Shown one piece after another: positions 38,524 to 47,844 of a stretch of DNA of 64,000 bases; the stretch's first letter is position 1; every line of letters starts with the position of its first letter. The stretch is from Leptospiraceae bacterium (GTDB lineage: Bacteria > Spirochaetota > Leptospiria > Leptospirales > Leptonemataceae). The DNA lies in assembly GCA_040217195.1 (NCBI GenBank), contig JAVJNR010000002.1, positions 384,001 to 448,000 on the forward strand. The letters run 5' to 3'. The translations under genes and the position numbers were made by a program. The notes under the pieces were generated by a model, which worked only from the letters and a program-made list of their open reading frames with translations, ran no database searches and was not told where the DNA came from.

Positions 38524-40884
38524 ATGATTAGCCTGCGCGGGATTCGAAATCTGGATGGACCTGCGAGCTGGCTCATCCTGGCTTTTCTAGGTATCATTAC
38601 TATTGAGCTCAATCTAATTGGAATAAACTACGACCCGGGTCGCTCGCTCTATCTACCATCTTTTACCGGATTCTTTTTCGCATGTGCCTATCTCTGTCGG
38701 CCGGGAATTCTTCCTGTACTGGCATCTATTCATATCCTGCGACATGGAATTGTACTCTGGAATCTTGGGTTCGATCATCCCTGGGCCATCGCATCCACTT
38801 TCTTAATCGTTTTGCTGATTCCCACAGTCTTTGTGGCCCGGCTTCTGAGGAGGCTTAAGGGCCCCCGCGGTTTTGAGGATCCAGCCATACTGTTGCGAGT
38901 TTTTCTCTTTTTCTTGTTCGTGCATCTTGCAGCGAACCTGCCTGTGCACTGGTGGTTTTCGCATCAGGCTGGCGGTATGTACTGGGTGTATCGGTCAATC
39001 TTGAACTCAATGAGCCACGCTACATCGATTCTTCTGGCTGGAAGGTTCTTCGGTGTATTGCTAATGGGACGGCAGAGTGACCTGGAGCTACACAATCCCT
39101 GGTCCCTTATAGTCATATTGTTATTCAGTCTGGTCCCTGGCATTGTATGGCTCCAGGAAGGAGTGCCCAGTTTCTTTAACACATTGGTTCTAATGCTTTC
39201 CATGCCGGTGTTGCTGATCCTGGCCGCTAATTTCAATGCGATCTGGGTCCTGCTGGCACTGATTGCCCATGGATGGATGATCACGTCTCTGTCTGCCCGG
39301 GGGCTGTCTCCTCTGGCAGCCGGAGATGAAAATACAACGGCTCTGGTCACTTATGCATATTTAATTTTCGTGGTACTTTCCATTTCGATTATCAACCTGC
39401 TATCTACCAGGAAGGATCAATCCCGGAAGGCCCTGGGACTCTGGAAGAAAATGCTAACGCGCCGAGTGGAAGGTAGAACCCGTGCACTACGAAGGGAACT
39501 GGAATGGCGCCGAGAAGCAGAGGTATTGATCAGTAATTTAAGTCAAACAGACCATGCAACGGAATGGCTGAATCGATCGGGTCTTTCGAATGAGCTGAAT
39601 CAGCGAATGATTCATGAAAAGGGGCACTATGTATTGCTGGCCCTGGAAAATTATCGCCGAATAGAGAGTGCCGAAGGTTATACGATCACCGAACTGGCCC
39701 TCATGGGTCTTACAGAGAGAATCGAAGAAGAGCTTCCCTCAGGAGCACTTTACGCCCGAGTCGACGACATTCACCTGGCATTCATAGTTTTCGGGCCCAA
39801 CTCCAGTCTCCCTGACTCTGAGATTCAGCACCCAGATGCACAGTTATCTCCATATACAGATGTAGCCAATTTCTTGGTCCGATTGACCGAGTTATGCGAA
39901 GAGCCGGTGCCGGCGGGTGAGGGCAATATTCCTTTTCGAGTGAGAGCAGCAGCGGTACCTTTTGAGGCAAGCGAAGATGGTAAAATCAATCTTGAAGAGT
40001 CTTTCAAGCATTGCCGAGCCGCCCTGGAGTTACTATCAGATGATCGCAGTGCACGCTGGACCATTCTGGAAGGGTCAAGGGATGAAAACACAACTGAGTT
40101 TCGCATCTTAAATGAAGTGCAGGATGCTCTAAAATCCAAAAGGCTAATACTGTACTATCAGCCAATTCACTCCTCGGATGGAAAAAGAGTGATTGGATGT
40201 GAAGCGCTCATTCGATGGAGAGTTTCAGAGGATAGGATCCTGGGCCCCGCTGCATTCATACAAACTGTGGAGCGAGATGATCTGATCATTGAAGTAGGGT
40301 TTTATTGTGCCCGTCTTCTGGCCCAATTCGCAAGGGATGCAATATCCAGGGGCCTGGGATTGGATTATTATTCTTTGAATGTGGCCGCCAGGCAACTACA
40401 GCTGGGCTCCTTTGCAAACAAATTGATAGATATCTGGACCGAATCCGGGCTTGAACCCTCTTCGCTTAAAGTGGAAGTAACCGAATCTGCTTTTGCAGGC
40501 GAAAATGATTCCGTGATTTCTAATCTGCAAACTTTGCACGGCTCGGGTATCTCCATAGCGCTGGATGATTTCGGTACGGGGTATTCCTCTCTTTCTTATC
40601 TGGATCGATTTCCGCTGGATACAATTAAAGTGGACCGGGTGTTTGTACAGAACCTGAGCCATAGTGGTAGCAGCAGGGCCGTTATTTCTGCCATCGGAAG
40701 CATGGCCCAGCAACTGGATCTATCGGTGATTGTAGAAGGAATCGAAGATGAATCGGCTATGAATGACGTTAGTTCGCTGATTTCTGTTTCAGGCTGGCAA
40801 GGGTTTCACTTTTCAAGACCGCTACCAGAAGCTGATTTTCTCCAATACATGGAGTCCATTTCTACGAGCTCACAGGCTGTCTAA
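38524..40884 (+). CDS. EAL phosphodiesterase with MASE1-like membrane domain and degenerate GGDEF
   Basis: YYQP, EALIRW, EVTES, DDFGTGYSSL, IKVD, EGIE, QGFHFSRP. The GGDEF position reads RVDDIH. Confidence 0.92.
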   Translation: MISLRGIRNLDGPASWLILAFLGIITIELNLIGINYDPGRSLYLPSFTGFFFACAYLCRPGILPVLASIHILRHGIVLWNLGFDHPWAIASTFLIVLLIPTVFVARLLRRLKGPRGFEDPAILLRVFLFFLFVHLAANLPVHWWFSHQAGGMYWVYRSILNSMSHATSILLAGRFFGVLLMGRQSDLELHNPWSLIVILLFSLVPGIVWLQEGVPSFFNTLVLMLSMPVLLILAANFNAIWVLLALIAHGWMITSLSARGLSPLAAGDENTTALVTYAYLIFVVLSISIINLLSTRKDQSRKALGLWKKMLTRRVEGRTRALRRELEWRREAEVLISNLSQTDHATEWLNRSGLSNELNQRMIHEKGHYVLLALENYRRIESAEGYTITELALMGLTERIEEELPSGALYARVDDIHLAFIVFGPNSSLPDSEIQHPDAQLSPYTDVANFLVRLTELCEEPVPAGEGNIPFRVRAAAVPFEASEDGKINLEESFKHCRAALELLSDDRSARWTILEGSRDENTTEFRILNEVQDALKSKRLILYYQPIHSSDGKRVIGCEALIRWRVSEDRILGPAAFIQTVERDDLIIEVGFYCARLLAQFARDAISRGLGLDYYSLNVAARQLQLGSFANKLIDIWTESGLEPSSLKVEVTESAFAGENDSVISNLQTLHGSGISIALDDFGTGYSSLSYLDRFPLDTIKVDRVFVQNLSHSGSSRAVISAIGSMAQQLDLSVIVEGIEDESAMNDVSSLISVSGWQGFHFSRPLPEADFLQYMESISTSSQAV

Positions 40885-43560
40885 TCAGCCAATGAGCTCA
40901 GATAGTTTTCTTGCAGATGGATTTTCCGGTTCCAGCTTTAATGCCTTTTGCGTAAGCTCTCTGGCTCTGTCCATCTGGCCCGTAACTCGATAGCTATCTG
41001 CCAGATTGATTAGATTTGCAATTCGGCCTGGTTGTGCCTGGGCCACTTTCTCTCCTGCCTGGATGGCCTGGTCATGCTGTCTTAAATGTTTATGACAAAC
41101 GGAAAGTGAGAAGCAAGCATCGATATTTTCCGGTTCCAGCTCGGTTAGCTGGCTTAATGGTTGTACCGCTTCTTCATGTCGTCCTTCCATCATAAGAATT
41201 CTTCCCTTAAGACGAAGAGCATTTCCATGGTCCGGGTCTATAGCCAGAAGCTGATCCAGTTTTCGCAGTGCCCCCGGCACATCGTTTCCCTGCAATCCTT
41301 CCCGGGCCATTCTCATTAGAGATTCTACGTCGGCCACCGGACCTTCCAGGCGAGTGGCCGCGGTTTCCTGAAAGCCCACTCTCAATAAACTCAGGTCATC
41401 TGTGATGGTGCCTGTGCCATGCACTCGGTCTACAATTGCCAGCAGATCTCCACCGGAAGCCTCTACATGGCGCAGAAATAGAGTCTCATCTTCATTAATG
41501 GTCCGAATATCACCACCACCGCCAAGATCAATGTCATCTCGACCATCGGAACCTGCGATAAGTACGTCTCCTGGCTGAAGCTGAAAGTGTTGTACTTTGA
41601 ATTTAAATTCGGATGGAGAGCCCAGCTTTCGCAGATTCAGTTCCTTTTCGATGAAGCTTGCCTGCCCGTTCCTGTAAAGTACGGTCCAGGGGTGTTCGGC
41701 ATTAAAATAAGCCATCTCTCCGGTTTCTTCATCGATCACACCGATTACCGCGGAGAGCATCATCAATCCATCAAAGGCCAGAAAAAGGTTATGTAATTCG
41801 TCGAAGATTTCAGTAAGCCATTCATCTGGTGTGGAGTTCAGTACTCGATCGTTTCCGGCCGATCGGGCCAGAACATTATTCATGGCAGTGCCCATGACAA
41901 TAGCACCGCCGGCCCCCTGCATGGATTTTCCCATTGCATCTCCGTTCATGAATACGGTATATCGCTTCGCTTCAGATCCCAGTCTCAGGTTACCGGTGAC
42001 GCAGATGTCCCCTCCCAGGTCTGCTGAGCGTTCCTTAAAAACAAACTTCTTCTTCTGTTCTACATAGAATTCGGTGCTGACTTTTTCTGATTTATTTCGA
42101 TTCGTCTGTAGAGGACGTCCAATCAGATAGGTTAGATAATAATCTCCGTCCTGCTGCACTTTCATTTCATGAATTTGCTGCATTTTTTCGGTAACTTCGC
42201 GGGTTCGCTCATCTACCTTCAGTTCGAGATTCTCTGCGTAATCCTGGAGTTTTTGCCTGGCATCCAGAATGCTCTTTACCATGTTATTGAATGATCTGGA
42301 CAAATAACCAATTTCATCTTCCACCATTACCGGTATCTTGACTTCGAAATCCCCTTCTTCTACCTGGCCCACACCATCCAGCAGTGAATGCAGAGGTCGC
42401 ACCAGACTTCTAGAAAAGAAGATGGGATAAAGAATTAGAACGGCAAGTACCAGAGCGATGGTCAGGATGGCTGTGCCCATCATGGATCTATGAATGAATT
42501 CTCTATATTCCCGGTATCTGTATCCCACTTCATAAGTTTTCCTCTCGCCGTTTTCTATGTATGGTCCAGGAATATGATATGCTAAATAAATATCGTCTGA
42601 ATGAGGTTCCATCTGACGAAAGTGGCGCGCCGTGAAATTATTCTCTTCGCCTCTTTTTACCAGTTTGCCTTCCTTCATTTCTTCCAGCGTTCGTGCATAG
42701 GCAATGGGAGTGATGGGATCCATACCTTCCTGCACATACGTTCTCGCCTGTAATGCATGGATTCTATCGTAACTGCGATGGGTTTGTTGTCCCGAAAAAG
42801 CAGAAAGAGCTTGAATTGCCAGAAGCAACGTTACCAGAGAAATACCCACAATTTTTGTCATGAAGCTTGTACGCTCAACGGTGTTGTTGATGAATACAAG
42901 AACGATTGCCGTGTATCCCAGAAGGCTGAGTATTACATATCCTTGCTGAAAGGTTGAATGGCTGATACGGCCGCCATTGTACAGTACGTTGACTATTCCA
43001 GGTAGTAGAGTGGGGATTAGCATTGCTACCAGGAGCTGTCTGGCTGCTCGCTTCTCTTTTTTCTCCATCTTCATACTTCGCTTAAACAGAACTATGGCAA
43101 ACCAGAGCATCATGAAAATCATTCCTCTGGCTACCCAGGCTCCCATTTCCTGAGGATAGTTGAAAAGTTCTCCCTGGAAGTCGAAATCCGGAGAAGTGAT
43201 GAAAGCGTTGTAGTAAAAATGACCGGCCAGCAAGACTGAGATAGTCGCTGTTATCCAGAATGCGATCCTGGATGCTCTGGTTTTTTCGTTGTTGGGAAAA
43301 TGGTAGGCAAACTGAATCATATACACCAGCGGCACAAAAACGATGCCCACAGTTATGAATCGGTGGTCGCCTCCCAGTGGTCCAATGAGCAGGGCTGACC
43401 AGAGATAGCCTACATTCAGCCCAAGGGCTCCAAGAAAGAAGATGGCCAGATCTCTAGTGTATAGTTGCTTTTCGCGCAGAGATATCAAATAAAGTAGCAG
43501 AACAAGCGTGTAGAGGGTGCACACTAATGTGGCAATTCCCCATTCATTGAAGTAGAGCAT
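40885..43560 (-). CDS. Membrane-bound SpoIIE/PP2C phosphatase (7TM-HAMP-PP2C-TPR)
   Basis: HAMP DEIGYLSRSFN; GGD, GDAMGKS, NAEHP, GSDG, DDLSL; C-terminal TPR repeats. Confidence 0.92.
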   Translation of the reverse strand: MLYFNEWGIATLVCTLYTLVLLLYLISLREKQLYTRDLAIFFLGALGLNVGYLWSALLIGPLGGDHRFITVGIVFVPLVYMIQFAYHFPNNEKTRASRIAFWITATISVLLAGHFYYNAFITSPDFDFQGELFNYPQEMGAWVARGMIFMMLWFAIVLFKRSMKMEKKEKRAARQLLVAMLIPTLLPGIVNVLYNGGRISHSTFQQGYVILSLLGYTAIVLVFINNTVERTSFMTKIVGISLVTLLLAIQALSAFSGQQTHRSYDRIHALQARTYVQEGMDPITPIAYARTLEEMKEGKLVKRGEENNFTARHFRQMEPHSDDIYLAYHIPGPYIENGERKTYEVGYRYREYREFIHRSMMGTAILTIALVLAVLILYPIFFSRSLVRPLHSLLDGVGQVEEGDFEVKIPVMVEDEIGYLSRSFNNMVKSILDARQKLQDYAENLELKVDERTREVTEKMQQIHEMKVQQDGDYYLTYLIGRPLQTNRNKSEKVSTEFYVEQKKKFVFKERSADLGGDICVTGNLRLGSEAKRYTVFMNGDAMGKSMQGAGGAIVMGTAMNNVLARSAGNDRVLNSTPDEWLTEIFDELHNLFLAFDGLMMLSAVIGVIDEETGEMAYFNAEHPWTVLYRNGQASFIEKELNLRKLGSPSEFKFKVQHFQLQPGDVLIAGSDGRDDIDLGGGGDIRTINEDETLFLRHVEASGGDLLAIVDRVHGTGTITDDLSLLRVGFQETAATRLEGPVADVESLMRMAREGLQGNDVPGALRKLDQLLAIDPDHGNALRLKGRILMMEGRHEEAVQPLSQLTELEPENIDACFSLSVCHKHLRQHDQAIQAGEKVAQAQPGRIANLINLADSYRVTGQMDRARELTQKALKLEPENPSARKLSELIG

Positions 43561-43975
43561 CGGGTGCGAATCTTAACCTCAATCCAATGGCAGACAATCC
43601 GTTTTCTCATTTAGCATCAGAAAAAAGCCGAAAAGTTACTGGGTAGAGCCTCTATGGGCCATCCACCAGACATTGTATGTGTGTCAGTATTTTTCTAGTT
43701 ACCAACCGGGTGCAGAATGTACTGATTTGCCAGCAACTCCAGGGCTTCCGCAGATTGGCTGCCATGGACTAATGCCGGCCCGGATCTAATGCAACTATCA
43801 TATCCTGTGAGCTACCTGGTGTATCCAGATTACGATTGCCTGTCTATTCAACAGATGCATTGCCTGGTAATTTCTAGTATTTCGGGCTCCCGAATTGAGT
43901 GATGAAAAGGCCATGGAGCTAAATAATTCCATCTTTTGCGCTTGACCAATGGGCCGGTATTCCGATCTTGAAAGT

Positions 43976-44092
43976 GTGAAGTATGAGGCACAAATTGCTT
44001 CTGGTCGGAAAAGTCTGAATCAATCAGACGCCGCCGTTGTTGTGTCTTCCCTCCTACTAGCTTCTTTCCTAGCCGGGCTTCGCCTGGCATAA
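43976..44092 (+). promoter_or_regulatory. Candidate leucine/branched-chain attenuator leader peptide
   Basis: GTG-started 38-aa uORF ...VVVSSLLLASFLAGLRLA* with codons GTT GTT GTG and CTC CTA CTA, overlapping the hairpin GCCGGGC-TTC-GCCTGGC. A second uORF, MRHKLLLVGKV*, lies at 43983-44018. Confidence 0.6.
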
Positions 44093-44266
44093 GTTTAACA
44101 TAATTCGTACGTCTATTTTTTGAATCTGGTTTCCGCTCCGGCGTCTCTGTTGGTGCTGCCGCAGAGTAATCCGTGCAATTCGGCTCAGATTCAATTTGGC
44201 CCAGATTCATCGCCTCTGCACCTATTGGCTGATGCGATGGGCCGACTGTTCGAAAGGAGAAGCGTT

Positions 44267-45628
44267 ATGATAGAAAATACCAGGAAATCCGGAATGAATC
44301 CCGGAGCAAAATACCAGCCGGTAATTCCTGTGGAGCTACCGGATCGAACGTGGCCGTCCAAACGAATTGAGAAGGCCCCCCGGTTTTGTAGTGTAGATTT
44401 GCGTGATGGAAATCAGGCTCTTGTGATCCCTATGGAACCAGAGAAAAAGGCTCAGATGTTTCGCACTCTTGTGAATATGGGTTTCAATGAAATTGAGGCT
44501 GGATTTCCGGCTGCCTCGGTACCAGACTTCAATTTTATTCGCTGGTTATCTGAGTCCGGCGCCGTTCCAGAAAACACCTATGTTCAGATCCTGAGTCAGG
44601 CCAGAGACCATTTGATTGAGCGAAGCTTTGAGTCTATTCATGGACTGAAGAAAGTAATCTTCCACGTTTATAACAGTACTTCTCCGGCCCAGCGTCAGTA
44701 TGTATTCAAGCGTAGCCGGAATGAGGTGATTGATATTGCAGTGCAGGCTGTGAGACAGATCAAAGCTCTCCGCTCCAGATTTTCCGGCGAAATGGTACTG
44801 GAATACTCACCGGAGAGCTTTTCAGCCACCGAGCCGGAGTTCGCGCTGGAGATCTGTCATGCTGTGATGGAGGAGTGGGCCCCTTTCCAGGCGAATTCGC
44901 TTATTTTGAATCTCCCTTCGACAGTGGAAGTAACTACTCCCAATCTGTTTGCAGATCAAATTGAATGGTTTTCGAGAAATCTGCAGAACCGCAAGGATAT
45001 AGTACTCAGCGTGCATCCGCACAATGATCGAGGCACAGCTGTCGCGGCTGCGGAGATGTCTTTGCTGGCCGGAGCTGATCGCCTGGAAGGTACTCTGTTC
45101 GGAAATGGAGAAAGAACGGGAAATGTGGATCTGGTTACCGTCGGTCTAAACCTGTTCAGTCAGGGTGTGGATCCTGGAATCGACTTTTCGAATCTGCCTG
45201 AAATAAGACAGGTTTACGAACAGACCACCGGCATGACGGTTCCTCCAAGGCAGCCCTATGCAGGGGAGCTTGTCTTTACTGCCTTCTCCGGCTCTCATCA
45301 GGATGCGATTCGAAAGTCACTTACTGTGCGAAAGGAAAATCCGTCTGCGGAACTCTGGGATATTCCTTATCTTCCGGTAGATCCTGCAGACATAGGTCGC
45401 AGATATGAGAAGTACATTCGCATCAACAGCCAATCCGGAAAGGGAGGAGTAGCATACGTTCTGGAAGACCAGGGCCTGGACTTGCGCTCCATCCCGGTAC
45501 GAGATTTGATGGACTTTGCTTCCATGGTTCAGCTGGAGGCAGAGAAAAAAGGCAGTGAACTGGAGCCTCTGGAGATCCTCGAACTATGGACTCGACGAAG
45601 GGAAGCGCGGCCGGCCGAATCCATGTGA
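44267..45628 (+). CDS. leuA: 2-isopropylmalate synthase, short form lacking the C-terminal regulatory domain
   Basis: SVDLRDGNQAL, YSPESF, HPHNDRG, GNGERTGN, AFSGSHQDAI, IRINSQSGKGG. SD AAGGAG before the ATG at 44267. 453 aa. Confidence 0.92.
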   Translation: MIENTRKSGMNPGAKYQPVIPVELPDRTWPSKRIEKAPRFCSVDLRDGNQALVIPMEPEKKAQMFRTLVNMGFNEIEAGFPAASVPDFNFIRWLSESGAVPENTYVQILSQARDHLIERSFESIHGLKKVIFHVYNSTSPAQRQYVFKRSRNEVIDIAVQAVRQIKALRSRFSGEMVLEYSPESFSATEPEFALEICHAVMEEWAPFQANSLILNLPSTVEVTTPNLFADQIEWFSRNLQNRKDIVLSVHPHNDRGTAVAAAEMSLLAGADRLEGTLFGNGERTGNVDLVTVGLNLFSQGVDPGIDFSNLPEIRQVYEQTTGMTVPPRQPYAGELVFTAFSGSHQDAIRKSLTVRKENPSAELWDIPYLPVDPADIGRRYEKYIRINSQSGKGGVAYVLEDQGLDLRSIPVRDLMDFASMVQLEAEKKGSELEPLEILELWTRRREARPAESM

Positions 45629-45638
45629 TTCGGCCGGC
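45610..45638. terminator. Strong hairpin over the leuA stop codon, between convergent genes
   Basis: GCCGGCCGAATC-CATGT-GATTCGGCCGGC, a 12-bp perfect stem with only a short T tract. Confidence 0.5.
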
Positions 45639-45778
45639 TTCCTGAATGGGCCCGGAACAGTCCATAGAATGTCCTGATTGCCTTATATATTCGGTCCAGG
45701 AGCAACCTGGGCCGTTAGCATCCGGTGGAGATGGAGCCGCCCTGACCATTGGACAAGGTTCGGCGGGTCCTAATAGGG

Positions 45779-46813
45779 CTATTGTTCAGCTTCGTCATAG
45801 AATTTAGGATCGAACGCTTCTCGGGCTCCTTCGCCTATGAAGGTTGCCATGAGCAGAGTCAGAAAAAGAGCCGTTACTGTGCTAACTGCTATCCAGGGGA
45901 AATCCAGGTTGTCCAGTCCCTGTTGTAGAAGCTCTCCCCAGGAAGGAGTGGGGGGTGGCAGTCCAAATCCCAGAAAATCTAGCGCCGTAAGGGAGCTGAT
46001 GCCTGCTATCAAGGTGAACGGAAGAATTGTAATCAATGGAGTTAGAGCATTGGGAAGAATTTGTCCCCAGAAGATGCGCAGGCTTCCCAGGCCGCTTGCT
46101 CGGGCTGCCTGAACATAGGTCTGTCCTCTTAGTTTAAAGAATTCACCGCGCATATAATAGGAAAGACCAACCCAGCTAAACAGAGACATTACCACCAGAA
46201 GCATCCAGAAGTCTTGTCCGTAAATGGAGCCCAGCAGGATTACAACATACAGAAAGGGCAGAGCGGACCAGATTTCAATGATTCGTTGCATGACTATGTC
46301 TGTTCGACCGCCCAGGTAGCCCTGAATCCCGCCGATGATCACTCCCAGAAATCCACTCAGCACGGTAAGGCTTAGAGAAAACAGCATACATATGCGAAAG
46401 CCATAGAGCAAGCGTGCGAATACATCTCGACCCAGACTATCGGTTCCCAGCCAGTGTCGAAGAGATGGCGGATGCGGCGGTGGCTCCATGTCCTGTAGAT
46501 CGGCTTCCTCCGGATCAAAAGGAACTGGAGGAAACAAAGCCCATCCTTTCTCTGCGAATCCTGCAGACTTGACCAGTGATTTGTAGTCAGCCTCGGTGCC
46601 GTATGGTTGGCCCAATTCTTTACCAGAATAAAAGAAAATTAGCGGGAAGTACAGGCTACTCTGGTAACTCAGCACAATTGGCTTCCTCTCAGCGATGCAT
46701 TCGCTGAACAGAGAAAGCACAAATAAAGAGCCCAGCAGGATGAGCGAATAGTAGGCCCTCCGAATCCCCTTGAATCTTCGCCATCGCTCTATGGTCAGGT
46801 CTGAAAATCTCAC
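45779..46813 (-). CDS. Peptide ABC transporter permease (YejE-like)
   Basis: RWRRFK, WLGTD..GRDVFARLLYGFR, QGYLGG, LTALDFLGFGLP, FIGEG.REAFDP. Confidence 0.93.
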   Translation of the reverse strand: MRFSDLTIERWRRFKGIRRAYYSLILLGSLFVLSLFSECIAERKPIVLSYQSSLYFPLIFFYSGKELGQPYGTEADYKSLVKSAGFAEKGWALFPPVPFDPEEADLQDMEPPPHPPSLRHWLGTDSLGRDVFARLLYGFRICMLFSLSLTVLSGFLGVIIGGIQGYLGGRTDIVMQRIIEIWSALPFLYVVILLGSIYGQDFWMLLVVMSLFSWVGLSYYMRGEFFKLRGQTYVQAARASGLGSLRIFWGQILPNALTPLITILPFTLIAGISSLTALDFLGFGLPPPTPSWGELLQQGLDNLDFPWIAVSTVTALFLTLLMATFIGEGAREAFDPKFYDEAEQ

Positions 46814-47823
46814 TGCAATCGAATCCTGGGATCTATGTAAGTGTACAGCAAATCAGAAAAAAGTCGGCCCATCAAAGTTAGAATAGAAGAAATTAGAATA
46901 ATCCCGAGAACTACTGGGTAATCTCTACTTTCTATGGAGTTCCAGACCAGAAGGCCCATTCCATCGATGTCGAAAACCTTTTCAATAAGTAATGCACCGG
47001 CGAATACAAGTGTGAAAATCTCGCTCATTCGAGTGGCAATTGGAATTAGTGCATTGCGAAGAGCATGTCTGAATAATGCTGTCTTTGGTAGCATACCTTT
47101 CAATATGGCTGTTCTCATATAATCCTTTTTCAGCTCTTCCAGGATACCATTCTTCATGAGCATGGTTAGAAATGCGAATTCGCTCACCATGTAGCAAATC
47201 ATGGGTAGAATCATATGATGAAGGAAGTCCAATACCTTCGCTCCGAAGGAAAGCATCTCAAAGTTGTCCGATACCACACCACGAATAGGAAAAAGATCCA
47301 GGAAGGTTCCTCCGGCAAAGAAAATGATCAGAAGAATACCAAGAGCATATCCGGGAATTACATAGCCGGCGAAAATGACGATGGAGCTTGCTGTGTCGAA
47401 ATGCGATCTATGTTTTCGCGCCTTCCACATCCCAAGTGGAATGCAGACTGCATAAGAAAGCAAAAATGAAGTGAGTCCAAAGAAAAGCGAAATTGGCATT
47501 CGCTCCACAATGACTTCCAGCACCGGTCTGTTGTAGGTGTAGGATTTACCCAGATCTCCGGTAATTGCATTTCCCAGCCAGGTAAAGTACCTGATATGAG
47601 CTGGCTTATCAAATCCAAAGTTTCGCCTTAGATTCTCAATTTCTGCCGGATTGATGGCAGCGGCTGGATTGGCGCCCTGGGCTGCCGTGGCGGAGCGAAT
47701 TTCAGCAATCATCTGCTCTACTGGTCCGCCAGGCACGAACTGAATTAAGACAAAACAGGCTACAGTGATTCCCAGGATTGTGGGAATCATATATAGAAGT
47801 CTTCGGATTACGTAGGTACGCAC
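46810..47823 (-). CDS. Peptide ABC transporter permease (YejB-like)
   Basis: IQFVPGGPVEQ, FGFDKP, HALRNA, SRDYPV, DPRI. Confidence 0.93.
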   Translation of the reverse strand: MRTYVIRRLLYMIPTILGITVACFVLIQFVPGGPVEQMIAEIRSATAAQGANPAAAINPAEIENLRRNFGFDKPAHIRYFTWLGNAITGDLGKSYTYNRPVLEVIVERMPISLFFGLTSFLLSYAVCIPLGMWKARKHRSHFDTASSIVIFAGYVIPGYALGILLIIFFAGGTFLDLFPIRGVVSDNFEMLSFGAKVLDFLHHMILPMICYMVSEFAFLTMLMKNGILEELKKDYMRTAILKGMLPKTALFRHALRNALIPIATRMSEIFTLVFAGALLIEKVFDIDGMGLLVWNSIESRDYPVVLGIILISSILTLMGRLFSDLLYTYIDPRIRLQ

Positions 47824-47844
47824 AATGCTCCCCGGAATTAGAAT

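Noticed and set aside
43600..43940. Long intergenic region upstream of the leuA leader
   Set aside because: Plus-strand translations gave nothing recognisable, and no convincing repeat or RNA structure was seen.
44120..44266. N-terminal extension of LeuA given in the ORF track
   Set aside because: Non-homologous sequence; a strong SD (AAGGAG) supports the ATG at 44267.
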